Shown: one piece after another, positions 31,079-41,302 of the stretch
How the letters are laid out: the number at the start of each line of letters is the position of its first letter
Position numbering within the stretch: the stretch's first letter is position 1
Assembly (NCBI GenBank): GCA_963796285.1
Contig: CAWCKW010000012.1
Span: 1,952,001 to 2,016,000, forward strand
Direction: 5' to 3'
Origin: Nitrospirota bacterium
Lineage (GTDB): Bacteria > Nitrospirota > UBA9217
Length of the DNA stretch: 64,000 nucleotides
The notes under the pieces: model-generated
What the model was told of the DNA's origin: nothing
Database searches by the model: none
What the model saw: only the letters and a program-made list of their open reading frames with translations
Position numbers and translations under genes: made by a program

Positions 31079-31900
31079 CTAGCTATACTCATCGTGTTCC
31101 ACTCCTGCGACACGGTGGACGACCTCCCACGCGGTCTCCTCTATGGATTTATTCGTCGTATCGACGACCTTCCAGTCCCGGTGTTTTTTTACGAGGTCCC
31201 AGACATACTCGACCTCGGCAAAGACCTTTTTGATATCACTGTAACTGGGCTTGAGATTGGAATTTTTTTGACGCACCTTTCTGATCTTCTGGAGGACCTC
31301 GGGATCTATTATGAGGCAAACGATCTTGCGCTGGTCGATCTCAAAGAGCTCTTCAGGCAGGGGGATGCCCGGTACGATGGGGACATTGGCGACCTTGAAG
31401 CCCTCCTGGGCCAGGTAGAAAGAGGTCGGCGTCTTGGAAGTCCGGGATAGACCGACGAGAACGATATCAGATTCCTTCAGGCGTTCAGCGCCCCTGCCGT
31501 CGTCGTGCCCGAGGGTATACTCGATCGCGTCTATCCGCTTGAAATACCGTTCATCGACCTTTCTGAGCAGGGTAGGGGTTTCGAGCGGTTCAAGCCGCAG
31601 ATAGGCGGAGAGATTGTTGATGAGCGGGCCCAAAATGTCGAGCTGGTAAATACTGTGCTTCAGACAGTATCTGCTTGCATAGTCCCTCATCTCTTTCCTG
31701 ACAAAGGTAAAAGCGATGAGTGCCTTGTCCACCCTGGCCTGGTCGAGGATCTTTTTGAGTTTGGCCTTTGAATCGATATCGTGGAAGACCATCATTTTTG
31801 TGTGCGCATGTTCGAACTGCACGATGGCCGCCCTGAGAATATGCAGGCCGCTCTGGCCGGTGGCATCGGAGATAATATAGATCTTCTTCATACCTTTCAC
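31079..31900 (-). CDS. ppsR: Pyruvate/PEP dikinase regulatory protein (kinase/pyrophosphorylase, DUF299)
   Basis: ISDATG, YFKRIDAIEY, HDDG, GLSRTSKTP, KVANVP, KSIEETA. Confidence 0.9.
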   Translation of the reverse strand: MKGMKKIYIISDATGQSGLHILRAAIVQFEHAHTKMMVFHDIDSKAKLKKILDQARVDKALIAFTFVRKEMRDYASRYCLKHSIYQLDILGPLINNLSAYLRLEPLETPTLLRKVDERYFKRIDAIEYTLGHDDGRGAERLKESDIVLVGLSRTSKTPTSFYLAQEGFKVANVPIVPGIPLPEELFEIDQRKIVCLIIDPEVLQKIRKVRQKNSNLKPSYSDIKKVFAEVEYVWDLVKKHRDWKVVDTTNKSIEETAWEVVHRVAGVEHDEYS

Positions 31901-31914
31901 CTCACAGCATTGGA

Positions 31915-34074
31915 TCAGCGATCGAGGACCGTTCGTACTTTCACAAGCAGGTCGCGGGGGCGCATGGGTTTTTGGATGAAATCCAGGCCTTGATCGAGGA
32001 TATCCTTGATGCTCAGGAGGTCCTCGGTATACCCGCTCTCGAACAGCACTTTGATGTCCGGCTGCAGTTTCTTGATCTCCTCATAGGCCTTTCTTCCGTC
32101 CAACCGGGGCATGATGATGTCGAGCAACAGGAGCCTGACCTGCTCCTGGTTCTCTTTGAATTTTCTGACGGCATCCTCGCCATCCTCCGCCTCGATGACC
32201 CGGTAGCCGTGCTCCTCAAGAAGGGTCTTTGCCAGGAGTCGCAATGACCGGTCGTCTTCGGCTACCAGGACCGTCTCCGATCCCCGTGGGATCGGATTTT
32301 CGACCTCAGCCTGCTCTATCTCTCTTTTGACTGTCGCTCTGGAAAGAGGAAGCAATATCGTGAACACCGCGCCCTTGCCGATCTCACTATAGACATGTAT
32401 GTAACCTTTATGCTGCTTGATGATCCCATAGGCCATCGAGAGGCCGAGTCCCGTTCCCTTCCCCACCTCCTTGGTGGTGAAGAACGGTTCGAATACCTTA
32501 TTGCGGGTATATTCATCCATCCCCATGCCCGTATCTGAAACAGTGATAAGGGCATACTCCCCGGGCTTAGCATACTGATGAGTCCTGATAAAGTCCACAC
32601 CCAGGGTGACCCGTTCCGTGCGAATACTAAGACGCCCACCCCTGGGCATGGCGTCCCCGGCATTCGTCGCCAGGTTCATCAACACCTGTTCGATGTGGGC
32701 GCTGTCTGCCATCACCCCGAGTTCGCCGCCGGTCAGCACCGTCTCGAACACGATGTCCGCCCTGATCAACCGGACGATAAACTTCCCAACCCTTGAAACG
32801 ACCTCATTGAGGTCCATCGGACGAATGATCATGTCCTGCTTCCGGCTGAACGCAAGCAGGCTTTTGGTCAGCTGGGCGGCCCGCTGCGCCGCGTCGAGCA
32901 AACGGTCTGCGTTGACGGCATAAGGGACATCCCCCATCTTCATCCTGAGTATGGTCCCGTAGCCGATGATCGCGGTGAGAATATTGTTGAAATCGTGTGC
33001 GACCCCTCCTGCCAGCGTTCCGACCGCCTCCATCTTCTGGGCATGCAGAAGCTGACCCTCGATCTTTTTGCGCTCGGTGATATCAATAAAGGTGATCACC
33101 GCTCCGATTATCTCCTGACCGCGGACGATCGGATGGGACCAGTACTCCACGTTCAGAACGCTGCCGTCCGGCCTCCAGAAAACCTCGTCGTCGACGTGGC
33201 AGCCTTGACCGTTTTCGGGAACGCTGTTGATCCTGCACTCCGCTTCCGGATAGTGCGTTCCATCGGTCCGGGTATGATGGATCATCGAGTGCAGGTTCTT
33301 TCCGACGAGATCCTGTTCCGTTTCATAGCCGAGCATCTTGAGGCAGGCCGGATTGCAGAAGGTGCAGCGTCCGCGGGTATCGATGCCGTATATGGCCTCT
33401 GCCGTGGAATTGAGCAGCAGCCGGATATGCCCTTCACGGTCCAGCAGTTCTTGCTCGATCCGTCTCCGCTCCACCAGTTCCTGCTTCAGTTCAACGGTCC
33501 TTACCGCCACCCTCCGCTCAAGTTCTTCCTCAACCCGTTTCCGCTGCTCGATCTCCTGTTCCATGGGCAGCAGGGCCATTCTTTTCATCGCATACCAGAG
33601 GGCAGCGCCGAGCAGAAGTGAGAAGAAGATTGATCCGAAAATGAGCCGGTTCCTGAGCATTCCCACGACTTCCATTACCTTGCGGTTATCACCGGTGATC
33701 TCGAACGACAATAGTTCCGTGTCTCCCTGGCGAACGGTTTTTTTCAGCGTATAGAGTGGAATGCCCGGAGTGGCAGGGCGAGTGAATTCTGCGACAACGA
33801 AACCGTTCGGTGCAATCGCACGGATCAGGGTGTACGACTGGTGCTTTTCACCCCAGCGGTTTACGAAGGCGGTGATGGTCACGTAGTCATGCTTCAGGAG
33901 TGCCTCAAAGGAGGCATCGGCCATGAGTTCGAGGTCACGCTCTTCGTGGCTGAGGACCATTGACGTGAGCGCGTTTCGCTGCTCAGCGATTACCACAATG
34001 CCTCCGGCAAGGAAGAAGACAATCAGCACGGCAATGAAGGCCAGCAGTGCCTCTTGGTGCCTGAATCTCCTCAT
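31915..34074 (-). CDS. Hybrid sensor histidine kinase (2TM-PAS-HisKA-HATPase-REC)
   Basis: QKMEAVGTLAGGVAHDFNNIL, FEPFFTTK, GTGLGL, C-terminal receiver. Confidence 0.94.
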   Translation of the reverse strand: MRRFRHQEALLAFIAVLIVFFLAGGIVVIAEQRNALTSMVLSHEERDLELMADASFEALLKHDYVTITAFVNRWGEKHQSYTLIRAIAPNGFVVAEFTRPATPGIPLYTLKKTVRQGDTELLSFEITGDNRKVMEVVGMLRNRLIFGSIFFSLLLGAALWYAMKRMALLPMEQEIEQRKRVEEELERRVAVRTVELKQELVERRRIEQELLDREGHIRLLLNSTAEAIYGIDTRGRCTFCNPACLKMLGYETEQDLVGKNLHSMIHHTRTDGTHYPEAECRINSVPENGQGCHVDDEVFWRPDGSVLNVEYWSHPIVRGQEIIGAVITFIDITERKKIEGQLLHAQKMEAVGTLAGGVAHDFNNILTAIIGYGTILRMKMGDVPYAVNADRLLDAAQRAAQLTKSLLAFSRKQDMIIRPMDLNEVVSRVGKFIVRLIRADIVFETVLTGGELGVMADSAHIEQVLMNLATNAGDAMPRGGRLSIRTERVTLGVDFIRTHQYAKPGEYALITVSDTGMGMDEYTRNKVFEPFFTTKEVGKGTGLGLSMAYGIIKQHKGYIHVYSEIGKGAVFTILLPLSRATVKREIEQAEVENPIPRGSETVLVAEDDRSLRLLAKTLLEEHGYRVIEAEDGEDAVRKFKENQEQVRLLLLDIIMPRLDGRKAYEEIKKLQPDIKVLFESGYTEDLLSIKDILDQGLDFIQKPMRPRDLLVKVRTVLDR

Positions 34075-34940
34075 GGTTCGACCCCGGCTTTTTTCAGCAC
34101 CTGCAGGATCTCCCGCAGGTTATCGTACTCGCTGTCATTGACCGGAGCAAGAGCGCCGAGGTTCTTTTGGATCGTTGAAAGGATTTGCTTACCTTCGGGC
34201 CGGTTGTTAAGGCTCATGAACGCCTTCCGAAGAGATCGGACAGTCTCCTGCGGCAGCTTTGCACTCGCAACAAAGACATGGTCATTTATTTCAGGGGTGA
34301 AGGCGATCGCCTTCAGCCCTTTATGCTCGTACTCACGGAATACCTCCTCCTTGACCGCGGCGGCATCAAAATCCCCCGTCAGCACACCGAGACAGACGTT
34401 TTCCTGGTTGGAGAGGAATGCATGCCCTGCGAGATCGCTGACAGCTACGCCTTTTTTAAGCAGCATATACCGGGGTACGAGATGGCCCATGGTCGATGCC
34501 TTGTCTCCAAAGGCAAATTTCTTCCCCTTAAGCTGAGAGAGTGAAGTGATTGGGCTGTCCTTTTTCGCGATAATAGCGCCCCGGTAGCTCTTTGTCCCGT
34601 TCGATTCAAAGACCGCGAGGAGCGGTCTCGTACCGTACTTCTGGGTCATGAGGACATAGGAGGCCGGCCCCAGCAAGGCAATGTCCAGACTATCGGTCCC
34701 GATGTTGTCGATGTGGATTGCATAGGAGCTGGCGATCTCTATCGTCACGCGCCTCTTCAGCTCACGGCTCAGATAGTCGGCGAGCGGAGTAAACCTGCGG
34801 ACAATTTCCGTTGAGGACAGATAGGGATGGATGCCGAGTTTCAGCGACGGCTCGGCATGAACACCAATGGGGCGGAATAGAAAAAAACAGAACAAGATAA
34901 TACTGATATTTTTTCCCCATGACCAAAATCTGAGATGCAT
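34071..34940 (-). CDS. PhnD-like (phosphate/phosphite/phosphonate) substrate-binding protein
   Basis: Signal peptide, RFTPLADYL, FAFGDKASTMGHLVP, DSEYD; stop overlaps the kinase start (ATGA). Confidence 0.85.
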   Translation of the reverse strand: MHLRFWSWGKNISIILFCFFLFRPIGVHAEPSLKLGIHPYLSSTEIVRRFTPLADYLSRELKRRVTIEIASSYAIHIDNIGTDSLDIALLGPASYVLMTQKYGTRPLLAVFESNGTKSYRGAIIAKKDSPITSLSQLKGKKFAFGDKASTMGHLVPRYMLLKKGVAVSDLAGHAFLSNQENVCLGVLTGDFDAAAVKEEVFREYEHKGLKAIAFTPEINDHVFVASAKLPQETVRSLRKAFMSLNNRPEGKQILSTIQKNLGALAPVNDSEYDNLREILQVLKKAGVEP

Positions 34941-35127
34941 GATATTCTCCTTCCTGCACCATTTTTCAGATATGCCGGTAGTATACAGTGTACCAAACAT
35001 TGCGGCAACAACGGTTTTTTAAATAAACGGACCCCGGAACAGTGAATACCGGGCTTTTGTCTCTCCTTAAGATCTCCACAGGGGAACAGAGTGCACCACG
35101 TGCACGGGAAAAAACAGAACGACGACG

Positions 35128-35934
35128 TCACTTCACCTGTTTCGTCATTCCCAGTACCGCCGCTACAAACTCTTCCGGCCTTTCCACCTGCGGCATATGG
35201 CCAGAGCCATTGATGGTGATAAGCGTTGAATCCGGCAACCACCTCTGCAAAGCCTGCGCTTGCTTCAGAGGCGCCAAGCCATCCTGGGCACCCCACACCA
35301 GGAATGTCGGAACAGATGGTTTAGCCAAGGGTGCTGTACTGTTCATAACCGTGTCGAAAGAAATCTTTGAATAGGCGAGTGCGTTCCCTTGTATTGCATC
35401 GAAGAACCCGGCAGGCAGTTTGGATGGGTCCGCAAAAGACCGTTTCAGGGTCGGTAAGGAAAAAGTAAGGCGCCGGATGAGTCGCCGGAATCCCTGGTCC
35501 ACGATCGGCAAGGTTAGGAACTTCCTGACAGGACCTGGAATAACCGGCATGTATCCCCCATTCACGAGAACGAGGTGAGAGGCCGCATCAGGGAAGTCGT
35601 TTGCGAATTGGATGGCCACTCCCCCGCCAAATGAATTTCCAATAACGACTACACGGTCCGAGTGCAGTGCGTCTAGGAGATCCTTGAGCCGCTGTGCCAT
35701 GGCCGGGAGCGAGGGGTTACGAAGTGGCGATGATCGCCCGAACCCGGGGAGGTCGGGCGCAATGACGGTGCAGGACCGGGAGAGCCGGTCCCATATACTG
35801 CTCCAGGACAGTTCAGCGTCTCCCCACGCTGCATGGATCAGCAAAAGACCGGGACCCGTTCCGCCCTTCCAGAAATGCACGCTCTGTCCCGAAAGAGAGA
35901 TGTCATACGCCTGCACGGTGCTGGGGTCTTCCAT
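35128..35934 (-). CDS. Alpha/beta fold hydrolase
   Basis: APDLPGFGRS, GNSFGG nucleophile elbow, WGAQD, GHMPQVERP; start placed at MEDPS. Confidence 0.88.
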   Translation of the reverse strand: MEDPSTVQAYDISLSGQSVHFWKGGTGPGLLLIHAAWGDAELSWSSIWDRLSRSCTVIAPDLPGFGRSSPLRNPSLPAMAQRLKDLLDALHSDRVVVIGNSFGGGVAIQFANDFPDAASHLVLVNGGYMPVIPGPVRKFLTLPIVDQGFRRLIRRLTFSLPTLKRSFADPSKLPAGFFDAIQGNALAYSKISFDTVMNSTAPLAKPSVPTFLVWGAQDGLAPLKQAQALQRWLPDSTLITINGSGHMPQVERPEEFVAAVLGMTKQVK

Positions 35935-36074
35935 ATTGACCGCCTCTGTATCGTCCTCACACTTTAAAAAAAACGCATCCTGCGGCATTACACACATCAC
36001 AACACTTGTGCTGTTATCCTGTTTCCCGTCTGCATCGCACCCGCCCTGAACCAGGGCGGTCAGAAAAGCCCGAA

Positions 36075-36254
36075 TCACGTTCCCCCTTCTCTCCCCTTCT
36101 CTTCCGGCACTACGGTCCCCTTCCTGACCGCTTCATCATATTTCCGCTGAGCATGATGAGAAGCCGGTCGTCCCGTATCGTACGTCGCAAAGGTTCCGCA
36201 GCCGCTGATGAGCGATGTGATCAGTATGAGATAGAGCAGGCAATGTGTCCTCAT
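36075..36254 (-). CDS. Small putative lipoprotein, possibly truncated
   Basis: MRTHCLLYLILITSLISG-C signal with lipobox; AAGGG RBS. Confidence 0.45.
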   Translation of the reverse strand: MRTHCLLYLILITSLISGCGTFATYDTGRPASHHAQRKYDEAVRKGTVVPEEKGREGGT

Positions 36255-36329
36255 TCCCTTATAGGCCTCCATCAATAGTTTTTTAGAAAATTCCGCCGCA
36301 TAACTGCTTTCGATCAACAAATAAAAAAA

Positions 36330-37202
36330 CTAATGTTTAGCCAGAAACCCGAGCACCGCTGCGTTAAACACCTGCGGATTCGCATGGTTCATAGCATGCG
36401 CTGCATCCGGGATAGTGACCCTTTCGTAATGTTTGATGCAGCCCTGGATACCCTGCATCATCATCTTGTAGACACGGACGCTTTTTTCGCCGTTGATGAG
36501 AAGGACCGGCACGTCGATCTTGCCGATATCGGCGCACTGAACCGGTTCTTCAGTATCCGCGAACAGACACTTCAACGACCATGCATTGTCGAGAAAGATA
36601 TATCTTTTCGCCTCAGGGATGCTGTCCCATGTGCCGGGACCGGTTATGCCGTCCATGAATATCTTCACGCCGCCTTCGAGGTCGCCTTGCTGGAGACGCT
36701 CCAGGGCTGTTTTGAATATGAGCCGATTGAGTTCTACTTCTTCAGCCGCTTCCGGCGTGGCCGGCAGCAGATGAGCGAGGGGAGCCGGCTCCGCAAGGAC
36801 CAGACTGCGCAAGAGTTTGGAATGGACCGTGGCCAGCAGCAGAGCGATATCAGCGCCGTAGGAATGCGCGACCAGATGCACCGGTCCGGCGTGAAGGCCC
36901 CTGATGAATTCCGACAGATCTTCCAGGTGCTGGTGGATTGAGAAGTCATCCCCGGCGCCGTCCCATGGCTCGGGATAGCAATGCCGCAGGCTGACCGAGA
37001 TTGCCCGGTAACGCTCGCTGAACGGCCTGATCTGGGTTATCCAGTATCGATAGTCGCTTACTGATCCGTGCACCAGAATTACAGGTACACCCGTTCCGCG
37101 CTCGAGATAGGCCATCTCGTAGCCGTTCACCAGCCGCGTCTTGACTTGCGGCGGCAGTTCCCAGGTTCGGACGCGCGCGGGGAACTTTTTTCGATTTGTC
37201 AT
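36330..37202 (-). CDS. Alpha/beta fold hydrolase
   Basis: LVHGS, AHSYG elbow, LINGEKS, AAHAM; start placed at MTNRKK. Confidence 0.88.
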   Translation of the reverse strand: MTNRKKFPARVRTWELPPQVKTRLVNGYEMAYLERGTGVPVILVHGSVSDYRYWITQIRPFSERYRAISVSLRHCYPEPWDGAGDDFSIHQHLEDLSEFIRGLHAGPVHLVAHSYGADIALLLATVHSKLLRSLVLAEPAPLAHLLPATPEAAEEVELNRLIFKTALERLQQGDLEGGVKIFMDGITGPGTWDSIPEAKRYIFLDNAWSLKCLFADTEEPVQCADIGKIDVPVLLINGEKSVRVYKMMMQGIQGCIKHYERVTIPDAAHAMNHANPQVFNAAVLGFLAKH

Positions 37203-37399
37203 TCGACAGCTCCGTACTCGAAGGAAATAGGGGCATTGAAAGCTCCAGTGCCGGTCATAAGAGGGATCCAACAGCGCGTTCAGACCGTGAGGTAGCAGCG
37301 CAGACGGTTCACGCTGTAGTAATCCCCTGATCTTTTACGTGAACGCAGAGAAACAATCCACACCCTGAGGGATCTGATCGTTCCAGCCGGTGCGGATTG

Positions 37400-38044
37400 T
37401 CAGGCCTTATCCCGTAATTCATGAAACGACGCTTGCCATGATGCGGAAAGAGCGGGCACGCCCAGCACTTTTTCGATCCCCTCGCGGTTTTTCCGGTCGT
37501 GGTGGTAGATCTGATTAGCAAATGCGACGGACACCCGGCGAGCGTCCCCTTCGATCAGCGTAACCTCATCCCCTGCCTGTATCCTGCCCTCTTTGATCAC
37601 TCTGAAGTACAACCCCGTTCGGCCGGAGTCCACAACGAGCTTCACAAAATCTTCCCTGCCGTACCGTGCAGCCAGCGTCCAGCAGGGCTGGCGCGGCTGG
37701 CTCACCTGCACCTCTGTTGTGCCTATCCGGTAAACGTCGCCGATGCAGACGTCTTCTTCCCGCATGCCCGTGACAGACAGGTTTTCTCCAAAGGCGGCCG
37801 GCGGCAACGTGATGCCGAGGACCCTTTCCCACCAGGGATAATGGTCGATACTGTATGCGCAGACGGCCTTGTCACTCCCGCCGTGATGCTTGTGATCTCC
37901 CACGCCGTCGCCCTCAAACCCTGCCTCTTGAGCACGCGCGGGCCGGTAATCGGTTTTTTACAGATGCCGGTTGTAAATTCCTTGCCGAAAAAAAATTCTT
38001 TTTTCGGGAGCCCGATGCTGAGGAATCTGTACTACCATGATCAT
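37400..38044 (-). pseudogene. MOSC domain protein (YiiM-like) with two apparent frameshifts in the 5' part
   Basis: HGGSDKAVC, FGENL, VSQPRQPC, GRTGLYFRV in 37400-37903; upstream TGICKKP segment and the start codon lie in other frames. Confidence 0.8.
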
Positions 38045-38156
38045 GTCAAGTCCCTTCCGTAAACGGAGAACATGTTGATCCACCCGAACAGCTCCCGCTT
38101 CAGGGAGGCTCTGTTACCGTTACCCTCATGCGCACCGGATGGGCGTATGCTGTGCA

Positions 38157-38633
38157 TCACTCCACCACCCAGACCGCGCAGTTCTTTGCCTCGTGAATGA
38201 TCTTGTTCGAGGTGCTGCCAAAGAGGAACTCTTCGGACTTCGATTTATGGTGCCGGCCGACGACAACGGTGCAGCAGCTGAGCCCGCACTGGGACTGGAG
38301 GATAGCCTCGGACAGGGCCTTTTTTTCGTTCATGCACGACCGGATCCGCACCTTGTCCGCGGGGAACCCGGACTGGATCAGGATCTGCCGATAGTTGCGG
38401 AGCATCTTGTCCGCCTCTTCCATTTTTTGCCTGGTCCAGGCGTCCTTCTCCGCCCCGGTATCGAAGAAGTCCTCTTCCGGCTCCGGAATAATGGAGAGGA
38501 GCGTGACCCGGAACCCGGGGAACCCGCCGAGAAAATCGGCTACATAGAGCACGGCCCTCTTTGAATTATCGGTCTGGTCAACAGCAACCAGAAGATGCTT
38601 GTCCGTGATGGGGGTCTCGTTTTCGGTCTGCAT
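38157..38633 (-). CDS. Universal stress protein
   Basis: LLVAVD..NSKRA, VVVGR, FGSTSNKII, AVWVVE. Confidence 0.92.
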   Translation of the reverse strand: MQTENETPITDKHLLVAVDQTDNSKRAVLYVADFLGGFPGFRVTLLSIIPEPEEDFFDTGAEKDAWTRQKMEEADKMLRNYRQILIQSGFPADKVRIRSCMNEKKALSEAILQSQCGLSCCTVVVGRHHKSKSEEFLFGSTSNKIIHEAKNCAVWVVE

Positions 38634-38744
38634 GCTGAACTCCTTTCGGGTGATACGTGCCACGTTCATCTGTCAGAACTTAACGTTCAAATGGATTTCA
38701 ATGTGATGTTCGAAATAACAAATTATCCGTCAGCATTTTGATCT

Positions 38745-39764
38745 TCATCTCCGCGATCTGGCTGTTGAGCATTGTCCTGCGACCTTTTCAATAAGTTCCT
38801 CCCTCGCTTCTCTCACGTCCTCAAGCAATTCCCGCGTCTCCTCATAATAGAGCGGAGCGCTCAGGGCAAAGTGCATCAGCACCCGGTTCAGCTTTTCCGG
38901 GATGTAGGGATACACCTTCTTGAGATTATTCACCCTGTTGTGGAACACGATGTTCACATCGTCCTCGGTCAGACGGTCGAACACATCGGGGGCCTCCCGC
39001 AGCAGCCGGTACGTGGTGATATCGCCGCGTCCGGTTATGAACAGCAGGACGTTCCCGAGACCGAAGAGATCATATCCGAAACGGCTCTCTCCGTGCTGGT
39101 AGTTGAAATCAAAGTCGATCCAGCGGTATCTGCCAGTCGACGTGTCTTTGATGATATGGTCCCGCCTGATGTCCCCGTGCTTCTCCCCGTTCTCGTGCAG
39201 GAACCGGATAGCCTCGATGACCGGGATGAATTCGTCGAGCAGGGCGGGATAGTAGTTGAAGAAAAAGTCCTCGTGGTCCTTCCCCATCTCAAGGGCGTGC
39301 TGGCCCAGCGTCTTGCCCCTGATATAGTCCAGAATGCGCAGCTGGTTCCCCGCTGAATCGAGCACCGTCTCGCCCTGCATGAACTCCGGCCTGCCGCGCA
39401 CGAGTTCGAGGATCCGCGCCTCCTTCTGGGGGCTGCGCACACATTCGAATACCAGGTCTCCGATCCTTGCCTGGAAGCGCTCCTTGAAGACCCATTTCAA
39501 TATCTTGACCTGTCCCGTGAGGAGATGGAGGGCGCGCTTGACCCAGAACTTCTGCTCGTCATCGATGCCGAACCTTCCTTCTCGCTCGTTGTTCCGTACT
39601 AAATACGGAATGCCGTCCAGCACCACCACATCGTCGTAATCCACGCGAAAGAAATCCGAGGTGTCCTTGATCCTCACGCGTTTCGGCACGCGCTCGCGCG
39701 GGACCCACTGCCGGATCATGCGCAGGAGTTCTTTCTCCCTGTACCCGTCACTGCCGGTAAGCAT
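38745..39764 (-). CDS. Protein kinase-like protein with atypical motifs
   Basis: HGDIRRDHII catalytic loop, WIDFDF in place of DFG, YDLFGLG. Confidence 0.75.
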   Translation of the reverse strand: MLTGSDGYREKELLRMIRQWVPRERVPKRVRIKDTSDFFRVDYDDVVVLDGIPYLVRNNEREGRFGIDDEQKFWVKRALHLLTGQVKILKWVFKERFQARIGDLVFECVRSPQKEARILELVRGRPEFMQGETVLDSAGNQLRILDYIRGKTLGQHALEMGKDHEDFFFNYYPALLDEFIPVIEAIRFLHENGEKHGDIRRDHIIKDTSTGRYRWIDFDFNYQHGESRFGYDLFGLGNVLLFITGRGDITTYRLLREAPDVFDRLTEDDVNIVFHNRVNNLKKVYPYIPEKLNRVLMHFALSAPLYYEETRELLEDVREAREELIEKVAGQCSTARSRR

Positions 39765-40023
39765 CCCTCTTCTCCTGAGTATGATTATACCAGAGATATT
39801 CAGCGATCAGCTCATAGCTGACAATATCCGGTCCCCTATCAGCCCTTCGCACTGAGTGGAGACCTTTCGCCACGGGCCGCGCGTGCATAACTTCTGGTTG
39901 TATCTAGTATTTTACTATGGTATAATAAGATGCTTTTTTTGCTGTTGCCAATAAAAAGAGCAGCGTAATTTTACTGCGCATTCTGTTCTTCTGGCCGTAT
40001 TTTTTAAAAGCAGAGGGGGCGAT

Positions 40024-41127
40024 TTGAAATCTCATTTAATGCTGAAACCGCTCACAATCAAGGGCAAAACAATCAAAGTACCCATCGTTCAGGGCGGGAT
40101 GGGGGTCGGGGTATCGCTGTCTCCGCTTGCAAAGGCGGTCGCGCGGGAAGGCGGCCTCGGCATTATATCCAGCGCCTGTGTGGACCGGATCGTCTCTAAA
40201 AGAACAGGTAAAAAGAAGAATATCTATGAAGCCGTCTATGAAGAGGTTTCTCTCTCCAAAGTCAAAGGTGGCTTCGCGGGAATAAATATTATGACCGCCC
40301 TTGGCAGGGACTACATTGCTTCGGTGAAAGGCGCCCTCGATGCCGGTGCCGATGCCATCATCTCCGGTGCCGGCCTGCCGCTCAATCTGCCGGCTATCCA
40401 GCCGCCGAAGGATACCGCACTGATCCCGATCGTTTCGTCCGCGCGTGCGCTTGATATCATCTGCAAAAAATGGGAAAAACTGGGATATCGACCCGATGCG
40501 GTAGTACTCGAAGGGCCCCTTGCGGGCGGACACCTTGGCTTTCGAATCGACCAGGTTGACCTTGACTCCAACAAGCTTGAAAACCTGCTGCCGCCGGTCA
40601 AGGATATGGCAAAAAAATTCGGCGATATGCCCGTCATTGTTGCCGGCGGGATCTATACCCATGCTGATATACTGAAATTCATGGACATGGGAGCGGATGG
40701 GGTCCAGATGGGAACCCGCTTCCTTGCCACCGAGGAGAGCAGCGCCTCGGAAGCCTATAAGCAGGCGGTCGTTTCGGCAAGGGAAGAGGACATCGTCGTG
40801 GCGCACCGTCCGGGATCTCCCTGCGGCCTGCCGTTCCGCGTGATCAAACAATCCCCCATGTATGTCTCGTCACTTCAGCGGAAGCGGACACCCAAGTGTG
40901 ACAAGGGTTACGTACTCATGAAGGACGCCGAGGGGAAGTATACGGTCTGCCCCGCAAAAGAGGACAACGAGAACTATTTCTGCATCTGTAACGGGCTCTT
41001 GAGCTCGTCCGGGTACAATTCGGACGAGGAAGAAGCGCTGTACACGGTAGGCACGAACGCCTCACGGGTTGACAAGATCATATCTGTTAAGACGTTGATG
41101 GATGAGTTGACTGGCACGGAAGGGTAG
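40024..41127 (+). CDS. Nitronate monooxygenase / FabK-like FMN enzyme
   Basis: PIVQGGMGVG, SGAGLP, EGPLAGGH, VAGGI, VQMGTRF. Confidence 0.9.
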   Translation: MKSHLMLKPLTIKGKTIKVPIVQGGMGVGVSLSPLAKAVAREGGLGIISSACVDRIVSKRTGKKKNIYEAVYEEVSLSKVKGGFAGINIMTALGRDYIASVKGALDAGADAIISGAGLPLNLPAIQPPKDTALIPIVSSARALDIICKKWEKLGYRPDAVVLEGPLAGGHLGFRIDQVDLDSNKLENLLPPVKDMAKKFGDMPVIVAGGIYTHADILKFMDMGADGVQMGTRFLATEESSASEAYKQAVVSAREEDIVVAHRPGSPCGLPFRVIKQSPMYVSSLQRKRTPKCDKGYVLMKDAEGKYTVCPAKEDNENYFCICNGLLSSSGYNSDEEEALYTVGTNASRVDKIISVKTLMDELTGTEG

Positions 41128-41302
41128 ATACGGGATTCAGCATAAGGCCCTTTCCATCGCGGCTGATGTGGATCGCCTTGGGAGCAGGGCCTTCCCGGTT
41201 GTAAACTTTTTATTCGTATCAGGCTATTTGATGTTTTACCAGGATGCAGCTCGCTTCACAAGCACGGCAATGCAGCGTTGACGTTAAATTCCGGGATTGA
41301 GA

